From a virus (taxonomy: Duplodnaviria > Caudoviricetes): a stretch of DNA of 64,000 nucleotides. Shown one piece after another: positions 17,883 through 27,852 of this stretch. Within the stretch, counting starts at the first letter, position 1. Each line of letters starts with the position of its first letter. The stretch is from the IMG/VR virus record IMGVR_UViG_3300017912_002752. One strand, 5' to 3'. Both the position numbers and the translations under genes were made by a program. The notes beneath the pieces are model-generated. The model saw only the letters and a program-made list of their open reading frames with translations, searched no databases and was not told where the DNA came from.

Positions 17883-19793
17883 CTAAATCGTGTCGTCTAT
17901 TAAATTCTTCTCATCTAAAAGTCCACCCTCATCATTAATTTGGGTATCATCTTTCAAAGATTCTAAGATAACCTTTTTAGTTTTTTTCTTCATTCTACTT
18001 AATGACTTGTTTAACGCTTCAGCTTGTTCATATGCTAAAGGTGAAATCTTATGTTTATCATAAGTGGTTTCTGGTTTGCCAGCTCTTCTATTAGATTTAT
18101 TACCTAATGGGTCTCTACCAAACGGATTTTTATCAGTTTTATAAGTACCTGCTTTTGGTGGTCTTCCTGCACCATCAAACCCACCCTCGGGTGCGCCGGG
18201 TTCACTTGGAACACCTGAATTTCCGTACTCATTCTGTGATTCATCGTTATTTTCACCACTTTGTTGCAATACTGCCAAATCGTGTGGAGTACCAAATGAT
18301 TCACCTGATTTTATTGGGTCATTTCCTTCGGATTCAATCTGTTCATGTCTAAATCCAAGTTTTAAGTCACCAATAACTTTACCTTGTTCTAATTTCCACT
18401 CATCATCGGACATATTAAAGATGTTTTTGTATACCCATTCTTGAGATACCATCTTAAGGTCTTTTAAGTCACTTGCCAACCTTGTTTTTTCACTCCAAAG
18501 ATTTGCTTTTTCTTGTTCGTATATAATTGATGGGTTTGTTAACTCTAATTCAAAGTTAACTAAGTCAGCATTTTCGTATCCTTGTGAGTATAAGTGGATA
18601 ATAGCAATCTTTGTTAATTCAGAAAGGATAATTTTTTGTAATCTTTCAACAGTTCTTGCGAATCTGATATCCTCTTGTGCTAATGTTGCTTTACCTTCAA
18701 CACCTTCTTCGTATCCAATGAATGCTTTTGGAACTTTAAGTGCTGCCATCATTCTATTTCTTAGATATTCGATATCATCGATACCACCAAACTCCATTCC
18801 TTGTAAAGAATCAATCTCAGTACCACTCTGACCACCTCTTACAGGTAGATAATAGTCTTCTAACATATTCATTAAGTTAAACTTAAGATTGTAGTCACCT
18901 GTATTTTGGTCTAAGTAAGGAACTTTCTTCATTTGGTCAATAATACTTCTCATGTGATTATCAACTTCACTTGGTGGAATGTTACCTACATCAATTTTGA
19001 AGATTCTTTTTTCAGGAGCTCTCATGATTCTGTGAATCATCATTGCGTCTTCCATAAGAGTCAATTGTTTCCAAGTTTTTCGTGCACCTTCTAATAGTGA
19101 ACGACCATATGGAAGGAAGTTTGTATCAGACATCAGTCTAAAGTGTGCAATTTGGTAGAATTCGAATAAGTCTTCTTTCTTATTTGATGCAACACCATGT
19201 GCAGCACCCGCCGCTCCCAATTTGAATCTTACTTCATATGGGTTCGCAGGATTAAAACCTTCTTCTCTTTCTACTTCATATGCTGATAGTGGTGATACAT
19301 TTACAATTCCAACACCTTCTTCTATATCAAGGTGTAAAAAGTAATCACCATATTTGTTCATACCTCTAATCCAAGACCAAAGATTAAATTCAATGTTTAA
19401 TACATCATAAAAAAGGTTGTGTAATATCTTTTTTACATTCTCATCATTGGTTTTGATTCTCAGTACATCACCCATGTCATTTTTTAGGGTACATTCGTCT
19501 GAGTAAATATCTAATACAGATGCGATGATTGAATCTTTATCCATCGCTTCATAATCTGTATATAATTCTAATTTATTTGAATGGTAGTTGAATTGATTAT
19601 TATAGGTTTCCCAATGTTTTCTTGTGGTATGTAATCTACCAAACCTATCATAATAAGATGAACTCCTCAAGTTACCCTGTGATTGTAGTCTTTGAGTATC
19701 GATAGCTTGGGTATTACCTCTACCTATCCTACGAACAACAACCTGAGTGTTGAATAATTTCTTTAATCTACCAAATAGTGATTTATCTGCCAT
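17883..19793 (-). CDS. Portal protein, T4 gp20-like
   Basis: LMEDAMMIHRIMRAPEKRIFKIDVGNIP, MLEDYYLPVRGG..GTEIDSLQG, DDIEYL, ALKVPK, DIRFARTVERLQ. Confidence 0.95.
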   Translation of the reverse strand: MADKSLFGRLKKLFNTQVVVRRIGRGNTQAIDTQRLQSQGNLRSSSYYDRFGRLHTTRKHWETYNNQFNYHSNKLELYTDYEAMDKDSIIASVLDIYSDECTLKNDMGDVLRIKTNDENVKKILHNLFYDVLNIEFNLWSWIRGMNKYGDYFLHLDIEEGVGIVNVSPLSAYEVEREEGFNPANPYEVRFKLGAAGAAHGVASNKKEDLFEFYQIAHFRLMSDTNFLPYGRSLLEGARKTWKQLTLMEDAMMIHRIMRAPEKRIFKIDVGNIPPSEVDNHMRSIIDQMKKVPYLDQNTGDYNLKFNLMNMLEDYYLPVRGGQSGTEIDSLQGMEFGGIDDIEYLRNRMMAALKVPKAFIGYEEGVEGKATLAQEDIRFARTVERLQKIILSELTKIAIIHLYSQGYENADLVNFELELTNPSIIYEQEKANLWSEKTRLASDLKDLKMVSQEWVYKNIFNMSDDEWKLEQGKVIGDLKLGFRHEQIESEGNDPIKSGESFGTPHDLAVLQQSGENNDESQNEYGNSGVPSEPGAPEGGFDGAGRPPKAGTYKTDKNPFGRDPLGNKSNRRAGKPETTYDKHKISPLAYEQAEALNKSLSRMKKKTKKVILESLKDDTQINDEGGLLDEKNLIDDTI

Positions 19794-19867
19794 AATTATG
19801 TTTTCTAATTATAATGTATACTTCTACAATCTATAAATATACAAAAAAAATAGTTTATTTCCAAATT

Positions 19868-21442
19868 TTATAGTAACCAAGTTAAATCTTGTTCATTACC
19901 ATGTACATCTTTCTGTTTCCAAGGGTCTCTACCAAGGTTTCTGTTACTATAAACACCTGGCTGATTCCTTTTAATATGGGTTAATGTTGTTCTTGTTAGG
20001 TCCATTCCTTGTTGTCTTAATTTCAATGCAGTATCTCTAACCCAAAGACCTGTTGAAAATGATATTACCAAGTCATCATTGTATCCTCGTTGTGCCTCTG
20101 CTCGGGATCCTGACCAAATGAACACGAATAATTCATCAATTAATCTTTTTGAACGAATTACAGGCGTTCTTTCTCTCATATATGTATCTAACTTAGATAT
20201 AACAAGCGGTCTTGTTCTTGATGTCATAGAAAAACCAGGCACCATGTCGTCTTTTCTTTTTAAATCAAATCCTTTTCTGAGATGAATGTCCTCATCTATA
20301 TAACCCAAGTCTCTATATGAGTAGTATAAGTTTGTATAGTTTCTATCAATAACCTCTTGTATTACTGCCCAACCAATATTTGCGTTTTCAATCACAAGTA
20401 ATGCGTTGTTCCAATCAGTTGCAACCGAAGTTAAGAATGCACCATATTGTTTTGTTTCAATTTTACCTTTATATTCAGCAACTTGTTCCACACTTTCGAC
20501 ATCAAAAACATGAAACGCAGAATAGTCAGTAGAATCCCCACGAGCAACATCAGCCACAACAACATAGTCACGAGAATAATTAGGATAATCCCATAACCAA
20601 TAGTTACCATCAAAACCTCTTTTTTCAATAGGGTCTTTAACATGCGTCTCTTCATACCATTTTAATGTTGAACCTTCGACAACTGTATAACCTGATGATA
20701 TAAAGTCACAATCACATTCTTGTGCTGCACCTTTTTCACCTAATAATTTTGTCTGTTGGTCTCTCCAACTTTGGTCTCTTTCAGGATGAACTGACCAATG
20801 TAGTTCTATCGGATTCCATTGTTCACCACTTTGACCTTGTAACCATATTTTATGAAACCAATTACCAACACCATTTGGAGTTGATAAAACTATTGCACCA
20901 CCACCAGTTGATAATGTTGATTGTGATGAAGTCCAAATGTCTTCTACATTATCAATGAATGCCGCCTCATCAATTACAAGTAAAGATAATGCTTCAGAAC
21001 GACCAGCATCACCTGCAGCAGATGTTGCTTTGATTTGTGAACCATTCTTTAATCTTAATGATAGTTTATTATCTTCTTCTGTATTACCCCTTAACCACGA
21101 TGGTAAGTTTTGATGCATAAATCTAACTTTAGTAACTAAGTTTTTTGCAACCTCTTGTTTAGTTGCGATTACTAAAACATTCTTGTCTTCATGAAACAAC
21201 ATAAGCCAGAGTGAGTATCCGGCTGATAGTGTTGATATACCTAATTGTCTTGATTTTAAAATTACATTGAATCTGTTTTCAGATACCGCGTCCATCAAGT
21301 CTTCTTGGAAATCATAAAGATTAAAAAGAATTTTTCCACGAGATGGGTGTTGAATGTAACAATACTTTCTGAAAAAGTATACGGGGTCTTTAGCACATTT
21401 AATGTACTCTTCTTTTATGATTTGTTTGATATTCTTCGCCAT
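19868..21442 (-). CDS. Terminase large subunit, T4 gp17-like (probable start at ATG 21442, MAKNIKQ)
   Basis: KSRQLGIST Walker A, LLVIDEAAF Walker B, LSTPNG, ADVARGDSTDYSAF nuclease Asp, NDDLV; the ORF-track start at 21529 overlaps the upstream gene. Confidence 0.95.
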   Translation of the reverse strand: MAKNIKQIIKEEYIKCAKDPVYFFRKYCYIQHPSRGKILFNLYDFQEDLMDAVSENRFNVILKSRQLGISTLSAGYSLWLMLFHEDKNVLVIATKQEVAKNLVTKVRFMHQNLPSWLRGNTEEDNKLSLRLKNGSQIKATSAAGDAGRSEALSLLVIDEAAFIDNVEDIWTSSQSTLSTGGGAIVLSTPNGVGNWFHKIWLQGQSGEQWNPIELHWSVHPERDQSWRDQQTKLLGEKGAAQECDCDFISSGYTVVEGSTLKWYEETHVKDPIEKRGFDGNYWLWDYPNYSRDYVVVADVARGDSTDYSAFHVFDVESVEQVAEYKGKIETKQYGAFLTSVATDWNNALLVIENANIGWAVIQEVIDRNYTNLYYSYRDLGYIDEDIHLRKGFDLKRKDDMVPGFSMTSRTRPLVISKLDTYMRERTPVIRSKRLIDELFVFIWSGSRAEAQRGYNDDLVISFSTGLWVRDTALKLRQQGMDLTRTTLTHIKRNQPGVYSNRNLGRDPWKQKDVHGNEQDLTWLL

Positions 21443-21446
21443 ACAT

Positions 21447-22067
21447 CTACTTTTTATCCCTGTCTTTCCTAAAGGAAATTTTCCAATACATTCTTCCGAT
21501 AACGATTGGTTGGAAATCTTGATTAACACCCAAACCTAATCCATATACATTATCTTTTTTAGATTTGTATAACAGGTCTCCTGATAAGAAGTTTATTTGT
21601 GATTTGTTACCACCGACACTTACCCCACCAAACAATTTTGCTTGGTTAAGGTAAATATCATTTGTGATGGTTGTGGTGGGTATTAATACTTGGGAGTCAA
21701 AGTTTCTGCTAAATATCTTATTTTGAGTAATGGTGTCCACAATAGTAATGTAACCCAATGAGTCTAACTTTAAAGTATCTTTATAAACATACTTGCTATA
21801 ATAGTCCTTTAAAATCTCAAGGGTATCAATTTTTGATTTTAATACTATTGTATCTGTTACAGTTTTTGTTTCAATTCTTGTAGTGTATTTTGGTACATAA
21901 ACTTTTTTCTCTACTGTTAAAGTGTCATATCTTGTTTCTATTTTTGTGACAACTCTTTCAGTAGGAATAGTTTCACCACCACCGCAAGTTCTTAAAAAAA
22001 GTAATATACAGAGGACAATGATTATTAAATTTTGGAGCTTAGTTCCAGCATTTTTAAATAGTCCCAT
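21447..22067 (-). CDS. Membrane-anchored protein, possibly spanin-like or other lysis/envelope protein
   Basis: N-terminal hydrophobic helix ending in Cys; DT[LI]-rich region; C-terminal amphipathic beta strands. Confidence 0.4.
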   Translation of the reverse strand: MGLFKNAGTKLQNLIIIVLCILLFLRTCGGGETIPTERVVTKIETRYDTLTVEKKVYVPKYTTRIETKTVTDTIVLKSKIDTLEILKDYYSKYVYKDTLKLDSLGYITIVDTITQNKIFSRNFDSQVLIPTTTITNDIYLNQAKLFGGVSVGGNKSQINFLSGDLLYKSKKDNVYGLGLGVNQDFQPIVIGRMYWKISFRKDRDKK

Positions 22068-22087
22068 TACTATGTACTCCTATGAGT

Positions 22088-22396
22088 TTATTTTTTTGTT
22101 GTTTTTCTTCTAGGTTTTCTACCTCTTCTGGTTTTACCTTTTGCAGCAGATACAACATCTTTTGTTTGTTTACCGACTTCTTTTACTGCGTCAGCAACAT
22201 CACCGAGTTCTTCTTTTACTCGTTTTGCTCTTCTTTTTACTTCTTTAGCAACTTCCTTAGCGTCTTCAACTGCGTCTTCAACCTCATCAGGAATAAAGTC
22301 ACCATCTCTGTCATTAATTTTTCCTTGCTTGTAAAAATAATAGTATACACCTGCTCCAACAAGTAGTACGCCTAAAATAATTAAGAATGTAGTCAT
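22088..22396 (-). CDS. Small membrane protein with coiled coil and basic tail
   Basis: N-terminal TM helix; DRDGDFIPD acidic loop; K/R-rich C-terminus. Confidence 0.6.
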   Translation of the reverse strand: MTTFLIILGVLLVGAGVYYYFYKQGKINDRDGDFIPDEVEDAVEDAKEVAKEVKRRAKRVKEELGDVADAVKEVGKQTKDVVSAAKGKTRRGRKPRRKTTKK

Positions 22397-22458
22397 AATT
22401 TGTCCGTTTTTTGATTATTAATTAAACTTTGATTACTAATATAAATATGTAAATAATT

Positions 22459-23475
22459 TTAATTAGTAGCTTTTGGTATTTCTCTGCAGTATTCTTTTAA
22501 TTTTTCCAAAATATCAACCCATTCATCTTTCCCAAGATATTTAATAAATTCATCATTTGTACTAATTAAACTGTTTTTTAATCTATCCCACTCTTCAAAC
22601 AATTTTTGATTGTTTTCTTCAGTAGCTTGTTCAAAAAACTTTTTTGCACCCCATAAATGAAATAGTTGTGTTGAAATTTCTTCATAAAGTTTATCAGTAG
22701 GTGCGTTATACATTTGATGTTCAAACCCAAGTGGGAATGATAATGCTCTTGTTAATGATTGAGATATAAATCCGTTTCCTCTTGGTATACCTTTTTCGTT
22801 ATATTCTTGTTGTTTGATTAGCGCTGATAGTAACCATTGTTCTATTGTAATTTGGTCACCTGTATCTTCATCTTTTCCATTTTCTTTTGTTATAACAGAT
22901 TTACCCAATTCAGTATAACCACCTTCATTATCTAATACAAATTCAAAGTATGCATCCGTGTAGTCTCTTAAAAAATCCATATCATTAAAAGCGACTGCAG
23001 CACAATTAAGTGGAAATGAATTTTTAAAAGATTCAAGGTCATACTCAGTCCATTCAAAACCTTCTGGTTTATTTAGAAAAGTTGGAAATGGATATGAAGT
23101 TGGTGATTCTGTATGTAATGCAGAAACATTAACAGTTGCAAACACATCATCTGTAAGGTTATGTAATACTAAATCTGTATCGATTATACAAAATGGTTCT
23201 TCTTGGTGTTTCATTACCCAAATTTTAGGTGAAGACCAAAATCTTTTTGATATTCTGTCACTTGGGTATGATTCAAGAACTTCTGTGTTTACTTCATCAT
23301 ATATTGTATCTAATCCAAATTTTTTATATTCAGACAAAGTGTATTCATCTGCATACAATACAATTTTTGATTTTGTTGATACCTTAAGTTTTAAAACACT
23401 AAGTAGTTGTGTTAATAGTTCTAAATCGTTGAAAGATTTACCCTCATCGAGTTTATACGCGTGGATATACTTCAT
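22459..23475 (-). CDS. Putative glycosyltransferase-like (GT-A/DxD) protein
   Basis: LYAD, WSSPKIW, CIIDTDLV (DxD), NCA, IEQW, HLWG resemble nucleotide-diphospho-sugar transferase motifs. Confidence 0.55.
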   Translation of the reverse strand: MKYIHAYKLDEGKSFNDLELLTQLLSVLKLKVSTKSKIVLYADEYTLSEYKKFGLDTIYDEVNTEVLESYPSDRISKRFWSSPKIWVMKHQEEPFCIIDTDLVLHNLTDDVFATVNVSALHTESPTSYPFPTFLNKPEGFEWTEYDLESFKNSFPLNCAAVAFNDMDFLRDYTDAYFEFVLDNEGGYTELGKSVITKENGKDEDTGDQITIEQWLLSALIKQQEYNEKGIPRGNGFISQSLTRALSFPLGFEHQMYNAPTDKLYEEISTQLFHLWGAKKFFEQATEENNQKLFEEWDRLKNSLISTNDEFIKYLGKDEWVDILEKLKEYCREIPKATN

Positions 23476-23522
23476 AACTTTTTGTTTTGTTTATATATAA
23501 ATATTAAAATAAATTTAATGAA

Positions 23523-25274
23523 TTACCAAGTTCTACAAGCCCAATATCTTGCCTTGTGTCTTGGACCAGGATTGTCACAATTATGTCTTGACCTAAATGC
23601 TTTTCTTCTTGCAGGGTCAGACTTTTTGATTCTCATGGTTTTTTCACCACCTTTACCTTTGTGACCAAAGTTTACTTTTACTACATTACCTTTTGGATTC
23701 TTAACATAGACTTTGAACTTTTTAACATCACCTTGCATTATCTTACCAAGTTTTACATCTCTACCTTGATACTCTGCTTCATTGATATCTGCTTTGTATT
23801 CTCTCATGAATTCTACAAACTCTTTGACATCTTGGTAATTTTCTACATCATATTCTTCGATTGATTCTTTTTTACCTTTTTTACCTTTTGCTTTGTATCC
23901 ACTTGCGAATGCTGCTCTTCTTTGTGCGTCACTTGAAAATCCTTCATAGATAGATTTAAGATACTTTAAAAACTCTCTATCATTTTTCATATCTTTAAAA
24001 TCAGGGTCTGAAAATATATTCTTGATGAAATCTTTTGCGTCTTTAGAATCTTGTCTAATTTGGTCTATCGTTTTAAACATTCCTTCGTTTACTGATTCTT
24101 CTATGTATCCTTGTTTTTTTAAATCTTTTCTAAATGACTCTAAGTCTTTTTTGTTTTTAAAAATTTTGATACCAAAGAAATCACTTCCGTCTTTGTGCTT
24201 TTGTTTACCATCGTGATAAGAAATTGTATATTTTGATTTACCAATACCATCTTGTTGTCTAAATCTTTTTTTACCTTCATCTATGTATCTAACATTCTTT
24301 TTAACTATCATTGTGATACCACCCAAATCTTTTGCCCACTTTTCAGCATCTTTCTTATCTTTGTAAGCTGCGGTTGTTACTGGTTTTACTCCTTTTTTTG
24401 GTGAGTACAATACAACATATGCTTCGTTTATTGATTCTTTCAAGTTAATTTTAAAACTAATTTCTCTCTTATTTGCATCATACTGCTTTTTAACTTGTCT
24501 TTCTATTTCATTATATTTATCAGAATCTTTAGCAGAATTACCTCTATCAATTTTTAATTTTTTAGCTATCATTTGTACTACATCATCAGAACCTTTAGTT
24601 CTCATTTTTGGGCCATACATTTTTACTTTGAATGATTTTTTTATACTTCCTTCGTTTACTGATTCATCTACTTTGTATTTGTAGATTACATCACTTCTAT
24701 CTTTTAAGTTTGTTTTATTTCTTTGAAAATCGTAATTAGGATTTGCAGTAGTTGCTTTTGCAAACTTACCATTCTTTAAGTAAAATGTACCAATACGAGA
24801 ATTATTATCATCAGTTACATAGAATGTTGCATTTTTCTTTTGTTTTGATAACTTAATAATATCAGTAAGATTTTTAGCCTTTACCCAATCACCGTATCCT
24901 TCGTTTACTGATTCTTTCTTTATCACACTAAATGCAACATTTACCATTTTAGGTAAAGAAAGTTTACCAAACTTATCTTTGTTGGATTTGTTGATTGCGT
25001 CATAGACTTTAACTATTGCTGACGCTGAGAACATATCAACTCTCATCATTTTACCACTCTTTGGGTCTTTGATTTTTTTGTTTTGTTTTTTGTTAACGAT
25101 ATCTCTTAATTGTGAAATTACTTCAGGTTCAGATACTTCGTTTACAAATGACTTTGCGTAAGGATTAGAAATCACTTTACCTAACTCAGGTGTGAATCCA
25201 TATTTGTCTTCCATAAATGATTTAACATTTTGGTACTCTTCCTTAATGATGTGTTTGAGTTGGTTCTTATCCAT
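23523..25274 (-). CDS. Modular basic capsid-internal-like polyprotein
   Basis: Starts MDKNQLKHIIKEE; Lys-rich modules separated by FVNE/ESVNE/ESINE/YIDE/DINE; C-terminal KVNFG...FRSRHNC...YWAC..W module. Confidence 0.6.
   Translation of the reverse strand: MDKNQLKHIIKEEYQNVKSFMEDKYGFTPELGKVISNPYAKSFVNEVSEPEVISQLRDIVNKKQNKKIKDPKSGKMMRVDMFSASAIVKVYDAINKSNKDKFGKLSLPKMVNVAFSVIKKESVNEGYGDWVKAKNLTDIIKLSKQKKNATFYVTDDNNSRIGTFYLKNGKFAKATTANPNYDFQRNKTNLKDRSDVIYKYKVDESVNEGSIKKSFKVKMYGPKMRTKGSDDVVQMIAKKLKIDRGNSAKDSDKYNEIERQVKKQYDANKREISFKINLKESINEAYVVLYSPKKGVKPVTTAAYKDKKDAEKWAKDLGGITMIVKKNVRYIDEGKKRFRQQDGIGKSKYTISYHDGKQKHKDGSDFFGIKIFKNKKDLESFRKDLKKQGYIEESVNEGMFKTIDQIRQDSKDAKDFIKNIFSDPDFKDMKNDREFLKYLKSIYEGFSSDAQRRAAFASGYKAKGKKGKKESIEEYDVENYQDVKEFVEFMREYKADINEAEYQGRDVKLGKIMQGDVKKFKVYVKNPKGNVVKVNFGHKGKGGEKTMRIKKSDPARRKAFRSRHNCDNPGPRHKARYWACRTW
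24082..24914. repeat. Dispersed exact 17-nt direct repeat ccttcgtttactgattc (three copies: 24082, 24649, 24898)
   Basis: Read directly; encodes E-S-V-N-E-G; near copy at 24422. Confidence 0.9.
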
Positions 25275-25282
25275 GTTGGTCC

Positions 25283-26824
25283 TTAACTTGCGTACTTCAT
25301 TAATTCTTTAACTTTCTTTTCCATATCAGATACTTTGAGTCCGTATGTGTTTGCCATTAACTCTTTCATGTATCCTGCTTTAAGAAAGTTTTGTAATTCT
25401 TGTTTGGTAGCTACTGATGATTTGAAATCATTTTTTGCAATCTTATCTAATTCTTGTGCAGAGATTTTACCTTTCATATAAGCAGTCATTGCGTCATCTT
25501 TGTAATTGTATTTACCTTCCATTATTTCCATTAATGGTAAAAGTTTTACCATTTTTTGAACTGTCCTCACAAATCCTTTATAGTCTTTTTTTTGCATTTT
25601 GAGTACACCATCAATTTCTCTTTTATTCATATTTATGAATTTAGAGATAACTTTTAGTTCTTTTTCATTTGCCCATGGAAAGTCTTTTTCCCAATCCATT
25701 GAACCTTCGTTCAATGATTTCAAATGTTTGATTGTAGATTCTCTCATTGCCTTTGCTAAAGTCTTGATATACTTTAACTCGTCTTTTGCACCTTTATGTT
25801 TAGCATATCTATCTAATCCGAATCCCATCATGATACCTAAAGATAAGTGTAATCTTGCTTTTTTAGCTCTTGGATACTTTCTACCATATGGTGAAGAGTT
25901 AAACCAATCTAACATCGCCTGTGCCATTGGTACAGATAATTTGATTCCTTCTACTTCACGAGTCTGTCCTTTGATTACTCTTTTCAATCCACCTTCTGCT
26001 GAGATTTCATTGATTGTTGATTCTCTCATATTACCATCATAATTCATTGCCCAATTATCAAATCCATCTAACATCTTTGCAATCTGTCTTTCATCTGATG
26101 AACCATATGGGTTGTAATCAAACTTGTCTCTCATTTGAGAAAGTTCTTTTTGTCCAAAGTTTTCGTATCCACCTTTTTGTTTCCATTTTCTCATTAGTCC
26201 TTTTTTAACTTTTGAGATTGCTGAACGAACTTGTGATGGCTTCATTGTTTCATTTACTGTATCTTCTTCTACATTTTCCTTTGTAGTTCTCCAACCACCA
26301 CCTGCAGCTTTATATTGTTTTGCTGCCCATGCATTTGCGTATGCTGATGGATATACATCAAACTTCTTTTTTGCTTGTGCTTTATAGTAAGACCATTTAG
26401 ATGGGTTTGTAGGAACATTCTTTTCAACAAGAACAGATAGGTTTTCTAATAGTTTAGATTCTTTATTTAAAGATTCGTTTTTAAGAGCTTCAATTTTTTT
26501 ACCTAATGGACCACCTACATACATTGATACAAAGAATCCAATTGCATCAAGAATATCGTGCCCATCCCATTTTGCCATTGTTGCTATATCTGCACCTTTA
26601 GACTCAAGACTATCTTCCCATTCTCTTTTACCAAAGTATTTTGCATTTTTAGCTTTTGGAAATAATTTATCTACTTTCTTAGATGTACTATGAAAGTTTG
26701 CGTCTGTCAATGCACCTTTTAAAATAAACATAATTGCGTGATGCGCTTCTGGTGAGGACGCAGATGTACCTTTAAAGTATGCGTCTAAAAATTTCTTTAC
26801 TTTTTTATTTAGTCTTGGATTCAT
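25283..26824 (-). CDS. Modular basic capsid-internal-like polyprotein
   Basis: Modules separated by LVE/TVNE/ESTINE/SLNE/IME; contains YPSAYANAWAAKQYKAAGGGW module. Confidence 0.55.
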   Translation of the reverse strand: MNPRLNKKVKKFLDAYFKGTSASSPEAHHAIMFILKGALTDANFHSTSKKVDKLFPKAKNAKYFGKREWEDSLESKGADIATMAKWDGHDILDAIGFFVSMYVGGPLGKKIEALKNESLNKESKLLENLSVLVEKNVPTNPSKWSYYKAQAKKKFDVYPSAYANAWAAKQYKAAGGGWRTTKENVEEDTVNETMKPSQVRSAISKVKKGLMRKWKQKGGYENFGQKELSQMRDKFDYNPYGSSDERQIAKMLDGFDNWAMNYDGNMRESTINEISAEGGLKRVIKGQTREVEGIKLSVPMAQAMLDWFNSSPYGRKYPRAKKARLHLSLGIMMGFGLDRYAKHKGAKDELKYIKTLAKAMRESTIKHLKSLNEGSMDWEKDFPWANEKELKVISKFINMNKREIDGVLKMQKKDYKGFVRTVQKMVKLLPLMEIMEGKYNYKDDAMTAYMKGKISAQELDKIAKNDFKSSVATKQELQNFLKAGYMKELMANTYGLKVSDMEKKVKELMKYAS

Positions 26825-27235
26825 TTATGCTCCTGTCTTAGTATTAGTAGGTGCTTTACCTTTACTTCTGTTTCCACCTTTTTTAGCGTCACCACTTTTT
26901 TTCTGTGCCGCTCTTTTTCTTCTTACAAATGCTGCTCTACCTTTTGGTCCAAGTTTTGCTGCTTTTTCTTGTGATAAACACGCGGCGTATGCACCACCTT
27001 TTTTACCATCACCACACTTACCTAACTTCTGACCATCAGAGCCATATCTATCCCAACCACCGCCTGACGCAGTACCTGTCTTTCCTTTACCGAACCATTT
27101 ACGAAGGTCTTCGTTCATTAGTCCTTCTGAAACTAATCTTTCATATACATCAGAAATGGTGTACTCCAACGCTAATGTGTGTGGGACACCATCTGTTTTG
27201 TATGATTCGTAAGTTTCCTTTATAAAGGTTTTCAT
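26825..27235 (-). CDS. Basic hypothetical protein, probably capsid-internal
   Basis: Starts MKTFIKE (resembles T4 capsid-targeting leaders); LMNE|DLRKWF; C..C with RRKR tail. Confidence 0.55.
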   Translation of the reverse strand: MKTFIKETYESYKTDGVPHTLALEYTISDVYERLVSEGLMNEDLRKWFGKGKTGTASGGGWDRYGSDGQKLGKCGDGKKGGAYAACLSQEKAAKLGPKGRAAFVRRKRAAQKKSGDAKKGGNRSKGKAPTNTKTGA

Positions 27236-27816
27236 TTTTTATCTTCCCATTTTTTGAGATAGTTATTTTTAAAAAGACGAAACTCGTTATCAATCTTCTC
27301 TTCAACCTGTTCCCACGACATATCGTTCCACTCTTCTATTGAACCATCTTCATTAACGAATCTCGCCTTTAATGCCGTCTTTAACGCTTCCTTTTCAATC
27401 TCAGCTTTTCCTAACCAAGATTTCATGTTAGCGTGAATCTTTTCTCTTTCATACTCCTCAAATGTTCCATCAAGTTTATGTTGATGTTCCATTTGTATAA
27501 CACAATCGAAACACATACCATGAATTGTTTTCATCTTGATATCGTTTCGTTTTGGATTTGTACAAGTACAAATATCTTTTTTACAATTTGGAAACTTAGT
27601 TAGTTCATCTCTTAACTTTGAAAGTTTACCAAGTTTAACTTTGTATCCTTTTCTTTGCTCCCAAATATTTCCATCATCATCGGTCCATTGGTCACCAACT
27701 TCCCTTCTGATAACTTCTTTAGTCTCACCAAAACTAACATTAGTTTTAGTTTGACTTTTATGTGTTCCAGCAATCATTTCTTTGACTGCTTTTACATTTT
27801 TCAATTTTTTCGACAT
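27232..27816 (-). CDS. Hypothetical protein with Cys cluster
   Basis: 194 aa; C..(C.C)...HGMCFDC potential metal site. Confidence 0.6.
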   Translation of the reverse strand: MSKKLKNVKAVKEMIAGTHKSQTKTNVSFGETKEVIRREVGDQWTDDDGNIWEQRKGYKVKLGKLSKLRDELTKFPNCKKDICTCTNPKRNDIKMKTIHGMCFDCVIQMEHQHKLDGTFEEYEREKIHANMKSWLGKAEIEKEALKTALKARFVNEDGSIEEWNDMSWEQVEEKIDNEFRLFKNNYLKKWEDKK

Positions 27817-27852
27817 AACACTTGTTTAATACTTTATATAAATATACAAAAA

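Noticed and set aside
21443-21529. ORF-track N-terminal extension of the terminase
   Set aside because: Overlaps the upstream gene; ATG at 21442 just after its stop is more plausible
24082-24914. 17-nt repeats as a CRISPR array
   Set aside because: Repeats are short, separated by 230-550 nt and lie in frame inside a CDS
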